Part shown: positions 19,103 to 29,225 of the stretch, one piece after another | Position numbering within the stretch: the first letter of the stretch is position 1 | How the letters are laid out: every line of letters starts with the position of its first letter | Assembly: GCA_964489135.1 (NCBI GenBank) | Contig: CAZAXK010000002.1 | Coordinates: 25,692 to 89,691 of the forward strand | Source of the DNA: an uncultured Candidatus Saccharibacteria bacterium | GTDB taxonomy: Bacteria; Patescibacteriota; Minisyncoccia; Phycocordibacterales; WO2-35-19 | DNA length: 64,000 bases | Direction of reading: 5' to 3' | The notes under the pieces: generated by a model | What the model saw: only the letters and a program-made list of their open reading frames with translations | The model's database searches: none | What the model was told of the DNA's origin: nothing | Made by a program: the position numbers and the translations under genes

Positions 19103-19966
19103 TTATTTCCGGAGGATTCCTTGTGGTCGGAAGAGGAGAAAAATGATCAGCAATCCGAAAGCAATCGCATCTTTCCATTCTCCAGAAATTTTCCAGATCC
19201 CAAAGTTTTCTACAAAACCAAGCAGGAATGCGCCCAATATACCCCCGTAGATATTGCCAATACCGCCGATAATCGAGGCGATAACCCCCTTGAGAAGCAG
19301 GTGCATACCCATAGTTGGCTCGATGCCAGTGTCAAAACCGATCAAGATACCGGCAAGACCCGCGATCATGGAGCCCACGAAGAAAACCGCACCAATTATC
19401 CTGCCTGTATTGATACCCACGATTTTGGAAACCTCTTCATCATCGGCGACCGCATTCACCGCTTTGCCGAAAAGAGTTTTCTTTAGAACCACGGCAAGAA
19501 TGCTCATGATAGCAACACCAGAAACCAAAATGATCAGTTGGACTTCGGTGATAACTGCGCCAAATATTTCATAAACCCTACCACTCCCCCCGAGCGAAAG
19601 TGTTTTGAATTGGCTGGTAAAGAGCATTGCAATAATCGCCTGCAAGACAGTAAGGACTCCGAGCGAAGCGACGAGCATTACCATGTTCGAGGCCTTCCTA
19701 TCGCGAAGCTTTTTGTAGACAAACCTGTTTATGAGGTAACCAAGAAGCCCCGTAATCAAAAGCCCGAGTGCGATACTTACCGGCAAATTAAGCCCCAGAT
19801 CCTTATAGAAGAAGAACACGGCATAGCCCCCAACTGCCGCAAGCGCCCCATAGCCGAGATCAAAGAATTTTACCGTGCCATAAATCAGGTTGAACCCAAG
19901 CGCGACGAGAGTATAAATCGCGCCAGCGATGATACTGTTCAGAATAAGTTGAGGCAAAATGTCCAT
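19103..19966 (-). CDS. livH: LIV ABC transporter permease LivH
   Basis: IYTLVALGFNLIYG, TLFGKA..AVADD, IIGGIG, RPQGI. Confidence 0.92.
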   Translation of the reverse strand: MDILPQLILNSIIAGAIYTLVALGFNLIYGTVKFFDLGYGALAAVGGYAVFFFYKDLGLNLPVSIALGLLITGLLGYLINRFVYKKLRDRKASNMVMLVASLGVLTVLQAIIAMLFTSQFKTLSLGGSGRVYEIFGAVITEVQLIILVSGVAIMSILAVVLKKTLFGKAVNAVADDEEVSKIVGINTGRIIGAVFFVGSMIAGLAGILIGFDTGIEPTMGMHLLLKGVIASIIGGIGNIYGGILGAFLLGFVENFGIWKISGEWKDAIAFGLLIIFLLFRPQGILRK

Positions 19967-20023
19967 TTCAGATTATTTCTAGCTCCACGGTACTTATAAT
20001 AACCTTGGATTATAGAAACAACA

Positions 20024-20044
20024 AACCCCGATAATAACGGGGTT
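20024..20044 (-). terminator. Intrinsic terminator after rplE
   Basis: AACCCCG...CGGGGTT hairpin with a T-rich tail on the minus strand. Confidence 0.6.
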
Positions 20045-20051
20045 AGTGGTC

Positions 20052-20588
20052 TTATTTCTTCTTGAATGGGAAGCCGAGGTGGTCGAGGAAAGCGCGAGCG
20101 CCTTCTTTGGATTTTTGGTTGGTAACGATTGTTACCGAGAAGCCGAAAACGTCCTTCAGATCTTCGTCGGCTGTTTCTGGAAATACCGTGTGCTCCTTGA
20201 GTCCTAGAGTGTAGTTGCCCATTTCATCGAAGGCAGTAGTAGAAACACCACGAAAGTCTTTGGTGCGAGGCAAGGCGACATTAATCAGGCGATCGAGGAA
20301 GCCCCACATCTTGGCACCACGCAAAGTGACTGCGACACCCACAACGTCACCCTCACGAGTCTTGAAGGTAGCGATGGATTGCTTGGCACCTCTTCGGGTC
20401 GGTTTCTGGCCGGTTATCTTCGCCAATCGATTCTCGACGATTTCTACTTTCTTCTTGTCTTTGGCAGAACCGACGCCAGAATTGATAACCACCTTCAAAA
20501 TCTTTGGTGATTGCATCACATTTTTCAAACCCAGCTTATCTTTGAGTTCTTTGTAGGCCTCTTTGGTTTTATCTTTTAGCGATTTCAT
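20052..20588 (-). CDS. rplE: 50S ribosomal protein L5
   Basis: KVVINSGVG, ITGQKP, FKTREG, VTLRG, FDEMGNYTLG. Confidence 0.97.
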   Translation of the reverse strand: MKSLKDKTKEAYKELKDKLGLKNVMQSPKILKVVINSGVGSAKDKKKVEIVENRLAKITGQKPTRRGAKQSIATFKTREGDVVGVAVTLRGAKMWGFLDRLINVALPRTKDFRGVSTTAFDEMGNYTLGLKEHTVFPETADEDLKDVFGFSVTIVTNQKSKEGARAFLDHLGFPFKKK

Positions 20589-20605
20589 CTTTTTTGCTAT
20601 TCAAA

Positions 20606-20827
20606 TTATTTATCTGCTTTCTTTACATTCGATACATGTATAGGATGAGCTACCTCTACAACCTTCCCCTTCTCGCCTTGCTTGCGAGCTCTTTGGTGCT
20701 TCTTTAGGAGATTTATACCTTCCACAAGAACCTTGTCCATTTTAGGAAAGGCCTTGATAACCTGAGCTTTCTTGCCCTTGTCTTTGCCAGTTATGACTAT
20801 TACTTTGTCTCCTTTTTTGATATTCAT
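20606..20827 (-). CDS. rplX: 50S ribosomal protein L24 (short)
   Basis: IKKGDKVIVITGKDKGK, PIHVSNV. Confidence 0.95.
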   Translation of the reverse strand: MNIKKGDKVIVITGKDKGKKAQVIKAFPKMDKVLVEGINLLKKHQRARKQGEKGKVVEVAHPIHVSNVKKADK

Positions 20828-20831
20828 GATA

Positions 20832-21209
20832 CTAAATTACTTCCGGCGCAAGCGATACGATGGCCTGATGTCCGGCTTCAGCAATCTCTCTTGGGATAGG
20901 ACCGAAGATACGATTGGCGCGAGGAGTTATCTCCCCCTTCTTTAGGTCGACTACAATAACTGCGTTTTCGTCGAAGCGGATATAAGAACCATCGCTTCTT
21001 CTAAGAGGGCTCTTTTGGCGGACGATGAGTCCAAGCAGGACGTCCTTTTTCTTCACCTCCTTTCTTGGTTCGGCTTTCTGAACTGAGAACTTAACAAGCT
21101 CGCCAATTTTGGCATAGCGCTTCTTGGAGCTACCAAGTATTTTGAAAATGCGCCCGATCTTTGCTCCGGAATTGTCTGCCACCTTTACGATTGTGCGATC
21201 TTGAATCAT
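20832..21209 (-). CDS. rplN: 50S ribosomal protein L14
   Basis: MIQ..VADNSGA, IRFDENA, SLAPEV. Confidence 0.97.
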   Translation of the reverse strand: MIQDRTIVKVADNSGAKIGRIFKILGSSKKRYAKIGELVKFSVQKAEPRKEVKKKDVLLGLIVRQKSPLRRSDGSYIRFDENAVIVVDLKKGEITPRANRIFGPIPREIAEAGHQAIVSLAPEVI

Positions 21210-21224
21210 TTTATTATTGGAAAA

Positions 21225-21488
21225 TTAAACTACCACAAAGTGCTTAGTTTTGGAAATTGGCTTGGTCTCTCGGATTTCGACTTTTTCGCCAACCTTTCTG
21301 GTATTACCTGCATCATGAACCTTGTATTTCTTGTGAACCTTGTGGTACTTCTTGTACTTCGCATGCTTCACAAATCTCTGGACTTCGACAACAATCGTAT
21401 CTTTCATTTTGTCGGACACCACAACTCCGCTCAAAACTTTGCCCTTTGAGCTTACTTCGGTATTCTTTTGTACTTTTTCTTTATTCAT
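21225..21488 (-). CDS. rpsQ: 30S ribosomal protein S17
   Basis: GVVVSDKMKDTIVV, ETKPISKTK. Confidence 0.97.
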   Translation of the reverse strand: MNKEKVQKNTEVSSKGKVLSGVVVSDKMKDTIVVEVQRFVKHAKYKKYHKVHKKYKVHDAGNTRKVGEKVEIRETKPISKTKHFVVV

Positions 21489-21493
21489 AGCTC

Positions 21494-21679
21494 TTATTTC
21501 ATGCTTCCGATTAGAGTCTTGATTCTCGCAATGTCTTTGCGGGTGTTTGCATACTCTTTCACATTTTTGGCTTTTGTGCCACTTGCCCCAAATCTCAGAG
21601 ATCTGAGTGCGAGAGTTTTCTCCTCAAGTTCTTTGACCAGTTCAGCTTTGTTCTTCTTTTGTAATTCCTTTGTTTTCAT
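21494..21679 (-). CDS. rpmC: 50S ribosomal protein L29
   Basis: LRF...RKDIARIKT; position in the operon. Confidence 0.93.
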   Translation of the reverse strand: MKTKELQKKNKAELVKELEEKTLALRSLRFGASGTKAKNVKEYANTRKDIARIKTLIGSMK

Positions 21680-21702
21680 GATTTTCTTGTCTTTTTTATC
21701 CC

Positions 21703-22122
21703 CTATACCCTTTCCACTATTTTTACCTTTACGGGTAGTTTGGTACCACCTTTGCGTAGCGCCTCCTTGGCGACAGTAGCGACTGCTCCATCCACCTCAA
21801 ATAGCACTTGGCCAGGCAAAATCTGAACATGATATCCTTCGATATCGCCTTTGCCTTTACCCATCTTTACTTCAGCCGGCTTTTTGGTAAATGGCTTGTC
21901 CGGAAAAACTCTGATCCAAACTCGTCCGGTCTTGCCTATTGCACGGGATATCGCCTTACGAGCTGATTCTATCTGGTTTGAAGTGACTCTATGAGCAGTA
22001 GTCGCCTTGAGGCCATGCGAGCCAAAAGAAACCTTGACGCCACGAGTTGCCGCCCCTATCTTGAGGGGGTTTTTGCGCATCACATGCCACTTTCTATATT
22101 TAACTTTCTTTGGGAATAACAT
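21703..22122 (-). CDS. rplP: 50S ribosomal protein L16
   Basis: MLFPKKVKYRK, WIRVFPDKP, MGKGKG. Confidence 0.97.
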   Translation of the reverse strand: MLFPKKVKYRKWHVMRKNPLKIGAATRGVKVSFGSHGLKATTAHRVTSNQIESARKAISRAIGKTGRVWIRVFPDKPFTKKPAEVKMGKGKGDIEGYHVQILPGQVLFEVDGAVATVAKEALRKGGTKLPVKVKIVERV

Positions 22123-22159
22123 GGTTTAAAAATTATCAATTTGGAATTCTCGGTCTCAA

Positions 22160-22819
22160 TTATTTTTTGGCAAATACTTCACCCTTGTAAATCCAGACTT
22201 TTATACCGATCTTGCCCAAAGGCAAGACTGCTTCGTAGAAAGCATAATCAATATCGGCGCGAAGTGTCTGTAGAGGGATCTGCCCCAATTTCTTGGTCTC
22301 CACGCGGGCCATATTTGAGCCACCCATGATACCCGAGAGAGTGACCTTCACCCCCTTTACATCACGGTTGGCATTTGCCTTCTCGATCGCCTGCTTGACC
22401 ACTCGGCGGAACGGCATGCGCTTTTCCAAACCTTCACCTATCATCTGAGCCATTATCATGGCATTGGATTCTGGAGATTTGATTTCTTTGACGTCGATCT
22501 TTAGCTCCTCCTTTACGGAAACTTTATTGCGAGTCATAAACTTGGTCAGAGCATCTCGGAGCTTGGTCATGCCCTCCCCGCTTCGGCCGATTATCAAGCC
22601 CGGACGGGAGCTTTCTATTATGATGCGGAAGGTTTTCTCGCTGCGCTCCATTTCTATCGAGCTGACGAAAGCACCCTTGAGCTTCTTCTTAAGAAATTCG
22701 GTAATCAAAACATCGGCGCGCAAATTTTCTTTGTATTTGGTCTTCACACCAAACCAACGCGACTTCCAATCGCGAATGATTCCGAGTCTATGAGCATATG
22801 GGTGAACGGTGTGGGACAT
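22160..22819 (-). CDS. rpsC: 30S ribosomal protein S3
   Basis: HPYAHRLGI..W.SRWF, PLQTLRADIDY, GIKVWIYKG. Confidence 0.97.
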   Translation of the reverse strand: MSHTVHPYAHRLGIIRDWKSRWFGVKTKYKENLRADVLITEFLKKKLKGAFVSSIEMERSEKTFRIIIESSRPGLIIGRSGEGMTKLRDALTKFMTRNKVSVKEELKIDVKEIKSPESNAMIMAQMIGEGLEKRMPFRRVVKQAIEKANANRDVKGVKVTLSGIMGGSNMARVETKKLGQIPLQTLRADIDYAFYEAVLPLGKIGIKVWIYKGEVFAKK

Positions 22820-22848
22820 GTTTTTAATTTATATCTTAAATCTCAAAA

Positions 22849-23232
22849 TTATTTAGCTTTCTTACTTTTATCTCTCTTATCTTTTGCAGATTTGAGATTT
22901 GAATTTTGACTTAATACGATTTTAATACGGCTGGTGCGCTTGCGGACAGGATGAGCGGCACCGTGGGCTACTGGTCGCCTGCGGTAAAGAATCTTACCGA
23001 CATTTACCTCGATCGACTTTACCTTCAGAGCGTCTTCAGCAATACCCTGATCCTTGGCGTTACTAACAGCCGAAGAAAGCAGTTTTTGCAAAGGGAGAGT
23101 GGCGCGCTTGGTGAGTAGACCGAGGCGACGTCGAGCTTCAGCAATATTTTTGCCTCTTATACTATCGGCAACAATCCGCACCTTTCTCGGGGATTGTCTG
23201 TAGTCATTCAGTTGTGCGGTAACCTCTGTCAT
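22849..23232 (-). CDS. rplV: 50S ribosomal protein L22
   Basis: RQSPRKVRIVADSIRG, SAVSNA, KRTSRI. Confidence 0.96.
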   Translation of the reverse strand: MTEVTAQLNDYRQSPRKVRIVADSIRGKNIAEARRRLGLLTKRATLPLQKLLSSAVSNAKDQGIAEDALKVKSIEVNVGKILYRRRPVAHGAAHPVRKRTSRIKIVLSQNSNLKSAKDKRDKSKKAK

Positions 23233-23242
23233 TTATTTAAAA

Positions 23243-23584
23243 TTATTTCTTGGATTCGACGGTCGCCTTGGCGCTCTTTGCAGCGGCTATTTCGGCCTCC
23301 TTGGCCTTGGCTTCTGCTTCCTTTTGCATTTTACCGCCGTGCTTGATGAACTTCTTGGTTGGTGAAAATTCGCCCAATCTGTGGCCAACCATGTCTTCAG
23401 TTACAAAAACTTCCAAATGGCTCCTGCCGTTGTGCACCCCGAAGGTGAAGCCGACCATTTCTGGCGCGATAACACAGGCTCTAGACCAAGTTTTAATAAC
23501 CCCAGCTTGCTCGGGTCTCTTGCCTTCTATTTTTTTGAGGACGCGAGGGTCCACATAAGGGCCTTTTTTTAGTGATCGAGACAT
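23243..23584 (-). CDS. rpsS: 30S ribosomal protein S19
   Basis: [31 protein letters not shown]. Start set at ATG 23584. Confidence 0.97.
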   Translation of the reverse strand: MSRSLKKGPYVDPRVLKKIEGKRPEQAGVIKTWSRACVIAPEMVGFTFGVHNGRSHLEVFVTEDMVGHRLGEFSPTKKFIKHGGKMQKEAEAKAKEAEIAAAKSAKATVESKK

Positions 23585-23621
23585 GCAACTAAATTTAATC
23601 CCGCTAAGCGGGAACTCAAAT

Positions 23622-23650
23622 ATACTATATGAAGCTTCGTATAATGTCAA
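23622..23650 (-). promoter_or_regulatory. Sigma70-type promoter of the rpsS-rplE fragment
   Basis: TTGACA-17 nt-TAGTAT; small leader hairpin TCCCGC/GCGGGA just downstream. Confidence 0.65.
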
Positions 23651-23681
23651 ACACCCAAAGAAGCCCCTCTCGCCCACCCTC

Positions 23682-25367
23682 CTACATCCGCTCTGGCACC
23701 TTTATACCAAGCAAATTAAGGCCATTTGTGAGCACGGTATATACCGCCCGAGTAAGTGCTACACGGTAATCCGATACTTCTCTGTTCGTGGGGTCAATTA
23801 TTTGATTCTTGGCATAATAGCTATTGAACGAGGCGGAGAGCTCGATGAGATATGTAACTAGAAAGTGTGGTGCGTACTCTTGCCCTGCCTTCTCTACTAT
23901 TTCTGGGAATCGATAAAGAAGTCTTTCAACTTCGGAGACTTCGCCCTGAATCAGCTTGGGTTCCACATGGTTGCTCTCCGCCTTTTCCAAAACCGATTTT
24001 GCTCGCACCGCAGTGTATTGCAGATATGGCCCCGAATCACCCTCAAACGAAATCGACTTTTCAAGATCAAAGACAATATCGCCCCCGATCGCCTGCCGAA
24101 GGATCGAGTATTTGATCGCACCGATCGCCACCATCTCGGCAATCTTTTCTTTTTCACCCTCCTCGATATCGCGAGAAGCAATTTTGCCCATAATCATTTC
24201 CTTCACTTGTAGGATTAGGGCCTCCGCCGTGATCACTGTGCCAGTCCGGCTCGACATCTTGCCACTCGGCAATCGAAGCATGCCATGAGAAAGGTGCTCA
24301 GTTTTCTCCGCCACCGGCTTATTGATCTGTTCGAGTGCCTTGAGCACTACTTGGAAATAACTGTCCTGTTCGTTCGCAGTCACAATTATCGATTTATCGG
24401 CACTATAAACCGACTCTTTGCGCAAAGCATGAGCCAGATCTTTTGCCTCGTAGAGCGGAAGTCCTTGTTGCGTCAGAAAAACTCGGGTGTGTAACTTGGA
24501 ATCATACTTCTCACCGCGGAAAATGATTGCCCCTTCACTTTCTTCGAAAACCCCCTTCGCCAAATATTCATGAACAAGCTTTACCGCCGCGCCCGAAACT
24601 TCGCTCTCGAAGAATAGATAGTCAAATTTCGTATTCAAAATTTTATACAGAGTATCAAAGTGAGTGAGCGAGACCTCCCGAGCCCAAGCATATATTTGGT
24701 TTAGTGATTCGTCACTCTTTTCGAAAACTTTCTTATTTATTTCTTTTATCTCCTCGGTGGCGGTCGGGTCGTCCTCATAAGCCATGGCCCCAGTCGCATA
24801 AGCTCGGCCAACAAAGTCGACATTGTCACTCAGCTCCCCATCTTTACGAAGACCGAGCTTCATAATCCCCCAGACGGCCTTCGCGATATGCAGTCCGACA
24901 TCGCCTTGATAGGTGTTCCTCTTCACCTCAGCGCCACTACCCTCGAAAATATTCGAAAGAGATTGCCCGATCACATTACCCATAAGATGCCCGATATGCA
25001 TCGGCTTCAAAACATTGGTGTTGGTATACTCAATAATTATCTTTTGATTTTTTAGGTTATCAGTCTTCCCAAACTCTTCCCCTTTTTCATTAATCTTACT
25101 CAGAGAGTCTGCAAAAAATATAGGAGATAAATATATATTCACGAATCTCGGAACAACAAATTCAATTTTGCTGATTTGCCTTTGCAAATCACCCTGAGCC
25201 AGTCGAAGGGTTTGCTCCAATTTGGCAAAATCGTCTTTCGCTTTATCACCATTTATGATCAGGGTAAAATCACCATTCTTTAATTCTTTTGGATGGACTA
25301 GAGCAAAACCATCGTCCCTTTGAAGGGTTTCCTTTGCCCAATCTTCAATCTGTTGCCTTATCTGCAT
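23682..25367 (-). CDS. argS: Arginine--tRNA ligase
   Basis: [39 protein letters not shown]. Confidence 0.96.
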   Translation of the reverse strand: MQIRQQIEDWAKETLQRDDGFALVHPKELKNGDFTLIINGDKAKDDFAKLEQTLRLAQGDLQRQISKIEFVVPRFVNIYLSPIFFADSLSKINEKGEEFGKTDNLKNQKIIIEYTNTNVLKPMHIGHLMGNVIGQSLSNIFEGSGAEVKRNTYQGDVGLHIAKAVWGIMKLGLRKDGELSDNVDFVGRAYATGAMAYEDDPTATEEIKEINKKVFEKSDESLNQIYAWAREVSLTHFDTLYKILNTKFDYLFFESEVSGAAVKLVHEYLAKGVFEESEGAIIFRGEKYDSKLHTRVFLTQQGLPLYEAKDLAHALRKESVYSADKSIIVTANEQDSYFQVVLKALEQINKPVAEKTEHLSHGMLRLPSGKMSSRTGTVITAEALILQVKEMIMGKIASRDIEEGEKEKIAEMVAIGAIKYSILRQAIGGDIVFDLEKSISFEGDSGPYLQYTAVRAKSVLEKAESNHVEPKLIQGEVSEVERLLYRFPEIVEKAGQEYAPHFLVTYLIELSASFNSYYAKNQIIDPTNREVSDYRVALTRAVYTVLTNGLNLLGIKVPERM

Positions 25368-25386
25368 AGAAAGATACTAACATTTT

Positions 25387-25809
25387 TTACTTGCCAGTGC
25401 TCCCGAACCCGCCGACCCCTCGTTCAGTCTCCGACAATTGCTCGGCTTCGATGATCTCGAGCTGTTCAACTTTTTGGATCAGAAGTTGCATCACTTTGTG
25501 CCCCTTTTCGAACGTGTAAGGTTCGGTACCTAGATTTATAAGCCCCATTATTATTTCTCCCCTAAAACCTGCGTCAATTACCCCCCCAAGAAGCTTTATT
25601 TTGTGATTTATCGAGATGCCACTCTTGTCCCAACATAAACCAACATACCCTGCCGGAATTTCCATGGCTATGCCGGTCCTCACTCTTACGACTTCCATCG
25701 GGCGAGCCACTGTGTCTTCAAGAGCAAAGAGGTCCATACCCGCGTCACCCACTTTGGCGTACTCGGGCAGTTTTGCATTCGGATCGAGCTTTTTTATTTT
25801 TAATTTCAC
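25387..25809 (-). CDS. dut: dUTP diphosphatase (trimeric)
   Basis: AGMDL, KSG, GVIDAGFRGEI, RGVGGFGSTG. Confidence 0.95.
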   Translation of the reverse strand: MKLKIKKLDPNAKLPEYAKVGDAGMDLFALEDTVARPMEVVRVRTGIAMEIPAGYVGLCWDKSGISINHKIKLLGGVIDAGFRGEIIMGLINLGTEPYTFEKGHKVMQLLIQKVEQLEIIEAEQLSETERGVGGFGSTGK

Positions 25810-26345
25810 TGCAATTTCTTATAGAGTTTGTAAGCAGTCATCGCGCCATTTAACGCATTGTGCGGTTCCGGCTCTGGCTCAACCCCAAAGAGTTCGCAGG
25901 CGGTTTTCAAACTCCACTTTTCCTTATTTTTGAGCCCAGCTTGCCATGCGATCGAGAGTAGATCGAGACGATCATGATTCTCAAAAGTGCTCATCGGATT
26001 CATGAGACCAACCTTTAGAAACGCGTTGTTTATAAAACCCCAATCAAAGGTGGCATTGTAGGCACAGAAGACGCCCTCACCCGCCCTTTCGGCGTATTCG
26101 TGAATCGCCTCTTTGAGACTGGTCGCCTCGCGCCACCCTTCTTCACTGTAGCCATTGTAGGTAAGGGCTTGAGGTTCTGCAGTCGCGATATTTTCTGGCT
26201 TGACCTTGCGATTGTACGAATCAACGATTTCAAGAGTCTGCGGATCGAAGAGGACCATGCCAATCTCCAAGATTTCGTGCACCCCGAAAATGTCTCCCGA
26301 GGTTTCGAGATCGGTCATTACAATTTTTCTATCCTTAGTCTTCAT
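25806..26345 (-). CDS. DEDDh/DnaQ-like 3'-5' exonuclease family protein
   Basis: TDLETSG, EIG, AYNATFD, HNALNGA. Confidence 0.82.
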   Translation of the reverse strand: MKTKDRKIVMTDLETSGDIFGVHEILEIGMVLFDPQTLEIVDSYNRKVKPENIATAEPQALTYNGYSEEGWREATSLKEAIHEYAERAGEGVFCAYNATFDWGFINNAFLKVGLMNPMSTFENHDRLDLLSIAWQAGLKNKEKWSLKTACELFGVEPEPEPHNALNGAMTAYKLYKKLQ

Positions 26346-26349
26346 CTGT

Positions 26350-27594
26350 TTACACAAACTTCTTTGGTATAGGAAATTTCTTAGCCATTTTCTTTATTTC
26401 TAGATGAACTTCCTTCTTGATTTTCTTGCTATCTTTGTTTTTCAAAACCAAGATCATAAGCTCGGCTAGACGCTTGCATTCCTTTTCCTTAAAACCGCGA
26501 GTGGTTACGGCCGGCGTACCAAACCTGATACCGGACGGGTCGAGTGGTTTGCGAGGGTCATCGGCAATAACATTCATGTTGAGAGTGATGCCCACCTCAT
26601 CGAGCGCCACCTGCGCTTCCTTGCCAGTGACTCCAAGCGAGCCGTAGACGTCGGCCAAGACGCAATGATTGTCAGTGCCTCCACCAATTAGACGGATTTT
26701 GTTATCGAGAAAAACCTTGGCCATAACTCTCGCGTTCTTGATGATTTGCTTCGCGTAAGTTCTGAAGGAAGGCTTGAGCGCTTCGCCGAAGCAAACTGCT
26801 TTGCCCGCAATATGGTGCATTAGTGGTCCGCCTTGCAGGCCGGGGAAAATAGTTTTGTCGATCTTTTGGGCAAACTCGGCATTGTCTCTCACCAATATCA
26901 TGCCTCCGCGCGGACCGCGAAGAGTTTTGTGGGTCGTGGTCGTGAGCACATCAAAACCATAATCAAAAGGATTTTTGTGCGCCTTACCAGCAATGAGTCC
27001 GGCTATATGTGCGACATCAGCGACCACGATCGCTCCGACTTTCTTGCCAATTTCGGCAAACTTCTTGTAATCGAGCTCACGGGTGTAAGCTGAGAAGCCA
27101 GCCAAGATCATCTTGGGCTTTTCCCTCATAGCCGTTTGCAACATTTCTTCATAATCGATCTCGCCAGTTTCGGGATTCTTCATCTTGTAGCGGATGAATC
27201 GGAAAATCTTGCTAACATTGGTAACCGGATGGCCGTGAGTAAGGTGCCCGCCATGCGAGAGGTCCATACCCATTATCGTGTCCCCCGCGTTTAGCAGGGC
27301 GAAGTACAGCGCCACATTGGCCGAAGCACCGGAGTGCGGTTGGACATTTGCAAACTTGCATTTGAAAAGCCTGCAAGCGCGCTCGATTGCGAGCCGCTCC
27401 ACGGCGTCGGTAAAATCCTGCCCGCCATAATAGCGTCGGCCCGGATAACCTTCAGAATATTTGTTGGTAAAGACCGAACCATTGGCACGAAGCACGTCGC
27501 TTGAGACATAATTTTCCGAAGGAATGAGCTCAAGCCCTTCGGCCTGTCGTCTTTCTTCTGATTTGATCAAATTTTCAACTTTTTTGTCTTGCAT
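26350..27594 (-). CDS. glyA: Serine hydroxymethyltransferase
   Basis: LELIPSEN, NKYSEGYPG.RYYGG, HGGHLTHG, TTTTHKTLRGPRGG. Confidence 0.97.
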   Translation of the reverse strand: MQDKKVENLIKSEERRQAEGLELIPSENYVSSDVLRANGSVFTNKYSEGYPGRRYYGGQDFTDAVERLAIERACRLFKCKFANVQPHSGASANVALYFALLNAGDTIMGMDLSHGGHLTHGHPVTNVSKIFRFIRYKMKNPETGEIDYEEMLQTAMREKPKMILAGFSAYTRELDYKKFAEIGKKVGAIVVADVAHIAGLIAGKAHKNPFDYGFDVLTTTTHKTLRGPRGGMILVRDNAEFAQKIDKTIFPGLQGGPLMHHIAGKAVCFGEALKPSFRTYAKQIIKNARVMAKVFLDNKIRLIGGGTDNHCVLADVYGSLGVTGKEAQVALDEVGITLNMNVIADDPRKPLDPSGIRFGTPAVTTRGFKEKECKRLAELMILVLKNKDSKKIKKEVHLEIKKMAKKFPIPKKFV

Positions 27595-27684
27595 CAAAGT
27601 AGTTTAATGAGTTTGTAAAAGAGTGATGTGAAGAACTTAGATCATGGTATTGAAATAGGTTGGCTATTTGGATATGATACACCC

Positions 27685-28596
27685 ATGAACGATTACGACA
27701 AGCGCACTCCGGACACCCAATACCAAGACTTGCTTCGCAACATCTTGGAGAAAGGCGTCCGCACTCCAAGCCAGCAAGGCACCGATGCACTCACTCTTAT
27801 GGGCCCAAACCCAATGCACTTCAAGCTCGAGAACGGCTTCCCGATGATCACCGAGCGCAACATGAACCCCAAGCCCTCAGAATTCCTACCCGTAACTGTC
27901 TGGCAACAAGCGATCGGAGAAATTTGTGCATTCATAAACGGCGCACACACTCAAGAAGAACTAGAAAAATTTGGTTGCTATTGGTGGAAATCTTGGGTTA
28001 CGAAAGAAAAGTGCGCCAAGCGCGGACTCGAAGAAGGCGACCTCGGTCCAGGATCTTATGGATCGGCTTTCCACGACTTCCCCACCCTTGAAGGAGGACA
28101 CTTCAACCAATTCCAACACATCGTCGAACAGATAATCGAAGAACCCCAACTCCGCACACACTTCATTAGCCCGTGGATACCTCAATACATGGGTCGAGGC
28201 AAAGGCAAACAGCAGAAAGTCGTGGTCTGCCCTTGCCACGGCTGGATCAATATCCGAATCATTGAGGGTAAGCTTACTCTACATATGATGCAACGCTCCG
28301 GAGATGTGCCGGTCGGAGTACCCTCCAACATGGTACAGTACGGCGCTCTTACCCTGATGCTCGCACATGTCACCAACACCATTCCTTACGAATTCGTGCA
28401 CAGTATTTCCGATGCCCATATCTATGTCGACCAAATTCCGGCAGTCGAAACCATGCTCTCGCGCGAGCCCAGACGCTTCCCTACGGTTACAATAAACAAA
28501 GAGAAAACCAACCTCTTCGATTTCCGAAAGGAAGACTTCGAGCTTTCCGACTACGATCCGCACCCGGGCATCAAAGGTATACCGGTAGCGATATAA
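27685..28596 (+). CDS. thyA: Thymidylate synthase (ThyA type, divergent)
   Basis: GDLGP.YG, PCH, QRS.D...GVP.N, DAHIY, C-terminal YDPHPGIK..PVAI. Start set at ATG 27685. Confidence 0.9.
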   Translation: MNDYDKRTPDTQYQDLLRNILEKGVRTPSQQGTDALTLMGPNPMHFKLENGFPMITERNMNPKPSEFLPVTVWQQAIGEICAFINGAHTQEELEKFGCYWWKSWVTKEKCAKRGLEEGDLGPGSYGSAFHDFPTLEGGHFNQFQHIVEQIIEEPQLRTHFISPWIPQYMGRGKGKQQKVVVCPCHGWINIRIIEGKLTLHMMQRSGDVPVGVPSNMVQYGALTLMLAHVTNTIPYEFVHSISDAHIYVDQIPAVETMLSREPRRFPTVTINKEKTNLFDFRKEDFELSDYDPHPGIKGIPVAI

Positions 28597-28657
28597 CGAC
28601 CTCACCCCTAACCCCTTCCCCCGCCTTGCCGGCGAGGCAGGTTGCGAAGGCGAGGGG
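28597..28657 (+). repeat. Modular palindromic repeat, intergenic copy
   Basis: 59/61 nt identical to the reverse complement of 56639-56699. Confidence 0.95.
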
Positions 28658-28669
28658 TAAGAGAAAAAT

Positions 28670-29161
28670 ATGCCAGAAGAAAAAGAAAACCAATTTATAA
28701 ATATGCGCACGATCCGCAGAGAGGACCAGCGGGTCGTTATGGAAGAAATAAAGAAGCAGGGCCACTGCCCTTTCTGTCGCGAAAATTTAGAAAAGTATCA
28801 TAAGAATCCGATTATCAAGGAGGGCAAGTTCTGGCTCCTTACCGAAAACCAGTGGCCCTATGAAAAGGTCAAGCACCAGCTCCTCGCCATATACAAAACC
28901 CACGTAGAGCATATCAAAGACCTAGACCCTGAAGCCGGTAGCGAGCTTTTGCAAATGTTCGCCGAAGAAGCCAAGAAGCGCAACATCTCTGGAGGCGGAG
29001 TCGCGATGCGTTTCGGCCAAAGCGAGCACGGCAATTACGGCTCGACCGTCCTTCATATTCATGCACACCTCGTCGAACCAGATTTGGAAGCTCTTAGCGA
29101 AACCGAAGCGTGGCGCTTCAAATTCGGCGAGCCCAAAAACTACAAAAAGAAAATTGCTTGA
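28670..29161 (+). CDS. HIT-family nucleotide hydrolase
   Basis: CPFC zinc motif, NQWPY, STVLHIHAH triad. Confidence 0.85.
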   Translation: MPEEKENQFINMRTIRREDQRVVMEEIKKQGHCPFCRENLEKYHKNPIIKEGKFWLLTENQWPYEKVKHQLLAIYKTHVEHIKDLDPEAGSELLQMFAEEAKKRNISGGGVAMRFGQSEHGNYGSTVLHIHAHLVEPDLEALSETEAWRFKFGEPKNYKKKIA

Positions 29162-29225
29162 TTTTCTCCTATTTTAGTGGTATGTTCCTCTCTGGTTGGT
29201 TATTTCAAAACAAGTGAGGGAACCT

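Noticed and set aside
27685-28596. Phage-type dCMP hydroxymethylase
   Set aside because: The dUMP-specifying Asn (N177 equivalent) is retained rather than Asp, and there is no phage context
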